The position numbers and the translations under genes are program-made. A stretch of DNA of 64,000 bases from Candidatus Poriferisocius sp. (lineage in GTDB: Bacteria > Actinomycetota > Acidimicrobiia > Acidimicrobiales > Bin134), in NCBI GenBank assembly GCA_965221865.1, contig OZ244918.1:91259-155258 (forward strand). Reading direction: 5' to 3'. Shown piece by piece: positions 61,189-64,000 of this stretch (position 1 is its first letter; each line of letters opens with the position of its first letter). Below the pieces are notes generated by a model. That model was not told the DNA's origin. It saw nothing but the letters and a program-made list of their open reading frames with translations, and searched no databases.

Positions 61189-61222
61189 TAAGTGAGAAAA
61201 AATATCCTAATTTTCTCACTTA
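61189..61222. repeat. 34-bp palindromic site, copy 1
   Basis: TAAGTGAGAAAA-AATATCCTAA-TTTTCTCACTTA, with perfect 12-bp arms. Confidence 0.9.
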
Positions 61223-61243
61223 GCACAAGAGTAAGCTGTTGAC

Positions 61244-62455
61244 ATGGGCCGTTATACGATCCATCAAGTTGCCACTAGCGCACTAGCACCCCTATCTAGA
61301 ACTGCTGCCCGAAAACTTGCACTTCCTGCTGGAAGCTTCGCAGCGTACCATCCTGACCTACTACTAAATCCTGGGTTTAACCTCCCCCCGCGCTGGCTGG
61401 TCACTGCTAAAACAGCAGCAAAAACACTCGACAACTTTGAGCGCAGCTACGGTAGAGCAGCGGACAAGCTGGACTGGGTGCTACAGCGTTGCGAAAGTGT
61501 CGGGTCTAGTACTATTGAAGATGTAACTCCATCGCTGCGCCGCGTGGCGCGAGCTGAGGTTGTAGTCCGCGACGGCAGCAATCCCTATGATGCTACAGCA
61601 CTAGAAGCGATTGGAAATGTAAAAGCAACCCGTTTAGCTCTAGAAATAGGCGACCGACAAGGTCCGGTTACCTTAGCAAACATCTGTGCTATACACACTG
61701 CACTTATGCAATCCACCCCAACGCCTTCACTAAGCGGGCGACTAAGAACAAGCTGGGTACGGATTGGCGGGGTGCTTGGCGGATATCCGCCACCAGCCTA
61801 TGTGGCACCACCTGCAGATGAGGTTGAGCCGCTTCTCCAAGACCTGCTCGCGTATGTCAACACCACCTCACATCCGCCTATCGTTGCTGCTGCAGTTGCC
61901 CACGCTCAGTTTGAATCAATCCACCCTTTCCCCGATGGCAATGGAAGAACTGGGCGAGCGCTAATACAGACTGTTCTGCGTAAAAAGCAAGCAACGCGAC
62001 TGTGGACACCACCGATCAGCGCTATTTTGGCTCTCTCCCAAGACGCATACATTAGAGCGCTCACCAACAGTCGATACGAGGGTCCACCGGGAACTGCGCA
62101 AGCTCAAGCGCTAGATGAATGGGTTGTGCTTTTTGCTGCTATAACCGAGGCGTCTTGCGATCACGCCAAAGGTCTCATGACCCAGGTCAGAGAAATATCT
62201 GCTAGCTGGGAGCAAAAGCTAAAAGTTCGTAGCGGATCAGCTGCAGAACGGATTCTTTCCAAACTGCCAGAAACTCCAGTATTCACAGTGCAGCTAATGA
62301 CAGAAACAGCAGAACTACCTCTATCATCAACCTATAGGGTGGTTAGCACGCTCACTGCTGAAGGGATAATCACACCTGTCAAAGGTAAGTACAAAGGTCG
62401 CGGATTATACGAAGTACCAGCCATTTTGGACTTGTTCTCTCCAGAACATAGCTGA
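61244..62455 (+). CDS. Fic family protein with C-terminal HTH-like region
   Basis: HPFPDGNGRTGR catalytic motif, SSTIED N-terminal segment and LPLSSTYRVVSTL. Confidence 0.93.
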   Translation: MGRYTIHQVATSALAPLSRTAARKLALPAGSFAAYHPDLLLNPGFNLPPRWLVTAKTAAKTLDNFERSYGRAADKLDWVLQRCESVGSSTIEDVTPSLRRVARAEVVVRDGSNPYDATALEAIGNVKATRLALEIGDRQGPVTLANICAIHTALMQSTPTPSLSGRLRTSWVRIGGVLGGYPPPAYVAPPADEVEPLLQDLLAYVNTTSHPPIVAAAVAHAQFESIHPFPDGNGRTGRALIQTVLRKKQATRLWTPPISAILALSQDAYIRALTNSRYEGPPGTAQAQALDEWVVLFAAITEASCDHAKGLMTQVREISASWEQKLKVRSGSAAERILSKLPETPVFTVQLMTETAELPLSSTYRVVSTLTAEGIITPVKGKYKGRGLYEVPAILDLFSPEHS

Positions 62456-62659
62456 CGCACACTGACAGCTGACAGAAAGGCTCATTGAATTAACTAAAGA
62501 ACTCGACGGCAAGATGTTTGACCGCCGCGCCGCGATCATAAAGTTAGCGTACTCCGACAAATTTAAAACCTCTCCTTCAACAAACTTACCCGCACTAGCC
62601 AGCAAATCCACACCCCAAAATACTTCTGTGAGAACAGTTTTAGATATCAACTAGCCACT

Positions 62660-62693
62660 TAAGTGAGAAAAAATACCGCAATTTTCTCACTTA
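62660..62693. repeat. 34-bp palindromic site, copy 2
   Basis: TAAGTGAGAAAA-AATACCGCAA-TTTTCTCACTTA; arms identical to copy 1, spacer 7/10 identical, same orientation. Confidence 0.9.
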
Positions 62694-63898
62694 GCGCAGG
62701 AACTGCTGCGTGACCTTACCTGCAATATATTATCGACTATTTGCAATATGTCATCAGCAGTATAAATCGTGTTTGGTGATTGTTCATTTGTAGTCACAAT
62801 CCCACATTCTTGCAGCTCTGCCACACAGCGATCTACTGTCTGTTTAGGGAGACCTGTTTGGTCTTGCAGCACATCAATGGTGAACACTGGAATCCGTAAC
62901 AATTCTTCTAACACTTGTCGACTAGCAGGTTGTTGGCGAGAATCCGCTAGCTTGTTTTGCCAATCTCGCATCGTAGCTTCAATTGCAGAGGCAGCTTCGC
63001 GCATCTGAGCAGCTGCTAAATGCGTCGAATCTGCCATAAGCAACACAATCCCCTCCAAAGCATAAGATCGTTCAAGGGCATCTTCTGCGCCTGTAAAACG
63101 TTGATAACGTAACAACGAGTTGTAATAACCCTGACGATTCTGCAACAAGGCGTGGCTAATGGGTAAAGTCGCCCCCTTAGTCACACCACTCCTACCCAAA
63201 GACACTAAAATAAGGGCGCGCCCTACCCTACCGTTACCATCAGAAAAAGGGTGTATCGTTTCAAACTGGGTATGCACTAGAGATGCTTTACAGAGGGGTT
63301 GCAACCCAGAATAGTTGATCATCGCTACCAAATCGTCTAGCAAATCATCAATCAAATAGGCAGGCGGTGGAACATAGCGAGCTCGCAACGGACCTTGTGA
63401 ATGATGTTGTTGTTGACCTACCCAACCAGGCCCTTGTCTGAGTTGCCCAGCAATCTGAGGATTGTCGCTCTTAATCATCAATATCTCATGCAGTTCTTTG
63501 ATGTCAGCAACCCTGAAAGGTTGATAATCATGAGCCATATCTGCTGCAGCGTCTAACATTTCCCAATTACCTAATGCCGTCCGATCAAACATATCCTGCT
63601 TTTCGGGACGAGCAACCAAACCTTCCAAACTGGAGTACACGCCTTCAATAGCACTTGAGTTCAAACTCTCGCTTTGCAACATCAAATAATCAGTAGCCCA
63701 TCTATAGCTAGACACACTCGCAGCATTCTCCACGGCATCGACAAGATCCTTTTCCGCAGCTTCAAGCCGATATTGAGCACGGTGACTCAACTCAGGCTGC
63801 CACCCCTCAATCAAATGCGGAACATAAGCTTGATAGCTTTCCCCATCTGTCTCAGACGTTGCTGGAGGCCAATATTGCGTAACGTAATGCCCCATCAT
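62687..63898 (-). CDS. Fic family protein with C-terminal HTH-like region
   Basis: HPFSDGNGRVGR catalytic motif and SSAIEG inhibitory motif. Confidence 0.93.
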   Translation of the reverse strand: MMGHYVTQYWPPATSETDGESYQAYVPHLIEGWQPELSHRAQYRLEAAEKDLVDAVENAASVSSYRWATDYLMLQSESLNSSAIEGVYSSLEGLVARPEKQDMFDRTALGNWEMLDAAADMAHDYQPFRVADIKELHEILMIKSDNPQIAGQLRQGPGWVGQQQHHSQGPLRARYVPPPAYLIDDLLDDLVAMINYSGLQPLCKASLVHTQFETIHPFSDGNGRVGRALILVSLGRSGVTKGATLPISHALLQNRQGYYNSLLRYQRFTGAEDALERSYALEGIVLLMADSTHLAAAQMREAASAIEATMRDWQNKLADSRQQPASRQVLEELLRIPVFTIDVLQDQTGLPKQTVDRCVAELQECGIVTTNEQSPNTIYTADDILQIVDNILQVRSRSSSCAK

Positions 63899-63939
63899 CT
63901 CTCATATTCGTTGATAGCTATATTCCCGACTGTGCAAAG

Positions 63940-64000
63940 TGCCCGGAGAGGGACTCGAACCCTCACTCCCTTTCGAGAACCGGATTTTGAGTCCGGCGCG
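63940..64000 (-). tRNA. tRNA-Leu(CAA), 5' end outside the window
   Basis: Reverse complement is ..CGCGCCGGA-CTCAAAA-TCCGG-TTCTCGAAAGGGAGT-GAGGGTTCGAGTCCCTC-TCCGGGCA, with a long variable arm; CCA is not encoded. Confidence 0.93.

Noticed and set aside
62453-62488. Sec readthrough at other TGA stops, such as fic1
   Set aside because: There is no Cys/redox motif context and another in-frame stop follows within about 11 codons.
62456-62654. Open frames between fic1 and palindrome copy 2 (plus-strand QLTERLIELTKE.. and minus ORF 62405..62650)
   Set aside because: No convincing start, RBS or motif, and not in frame with fic1. It may be a gene remnant but this cannot be supported.
1642-63008. Numerous 60-170 aa ORFs antisense to or nested within called genes
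   Set aside because: These are shadow frames of well-supported genes with no motifs or translation signals.

Overview
Gene-dense chromosomal window of roughly 50% GC (judged by eye) from an actinobacterium. Class Acidimicrobiia is the most likely placement; this is inferred from the gene families and gene order, not from a search. Most of the window is housekeeping: branched-chain amino acid synthesis (ilvD-ilvB-ilvN-ilvC, leuB-ilvE-cimA, leuCD, leuA), metY, serA/serC, the scpA-scpB-rluB-aroH-tyrA-aroA-cmk-plsC block, DUF512-der, ispH, trpS-murT-gatD, gltX and greA. It also holds three tRNAs (Pro-GGG, Gln-CTG, partial Leu-CAA). The ORF track does not explain the following. (1) A hidden selenoprotein: an Rdx/SelW gene with an in-frame CxxU TGA and a SECIS-like hairpin, truncated in the ORF track. 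(2) An accessory islet at the tRNA-Leu 3' end (vapBC plus two convergent fic genes) in which a 34-bp 12-10-12 palindrome occurs twice in direct orientation around the first fic gene. (3) A membrane-anchored protein whose C-terminus resembles a catalytically dead HNH/EndoVII toxin nuclease, coupled to an unknown gene. (4) A cell-wall amidase with a duplicated 34-aa two-Cys module. (5) Short tandem duplications repeatedly centred on stop codons. (6) Widespread leaderless-type promoters, including a back-to-back overlapping pair. No CRISPR array, rRNA, integrase or transposase was seen.
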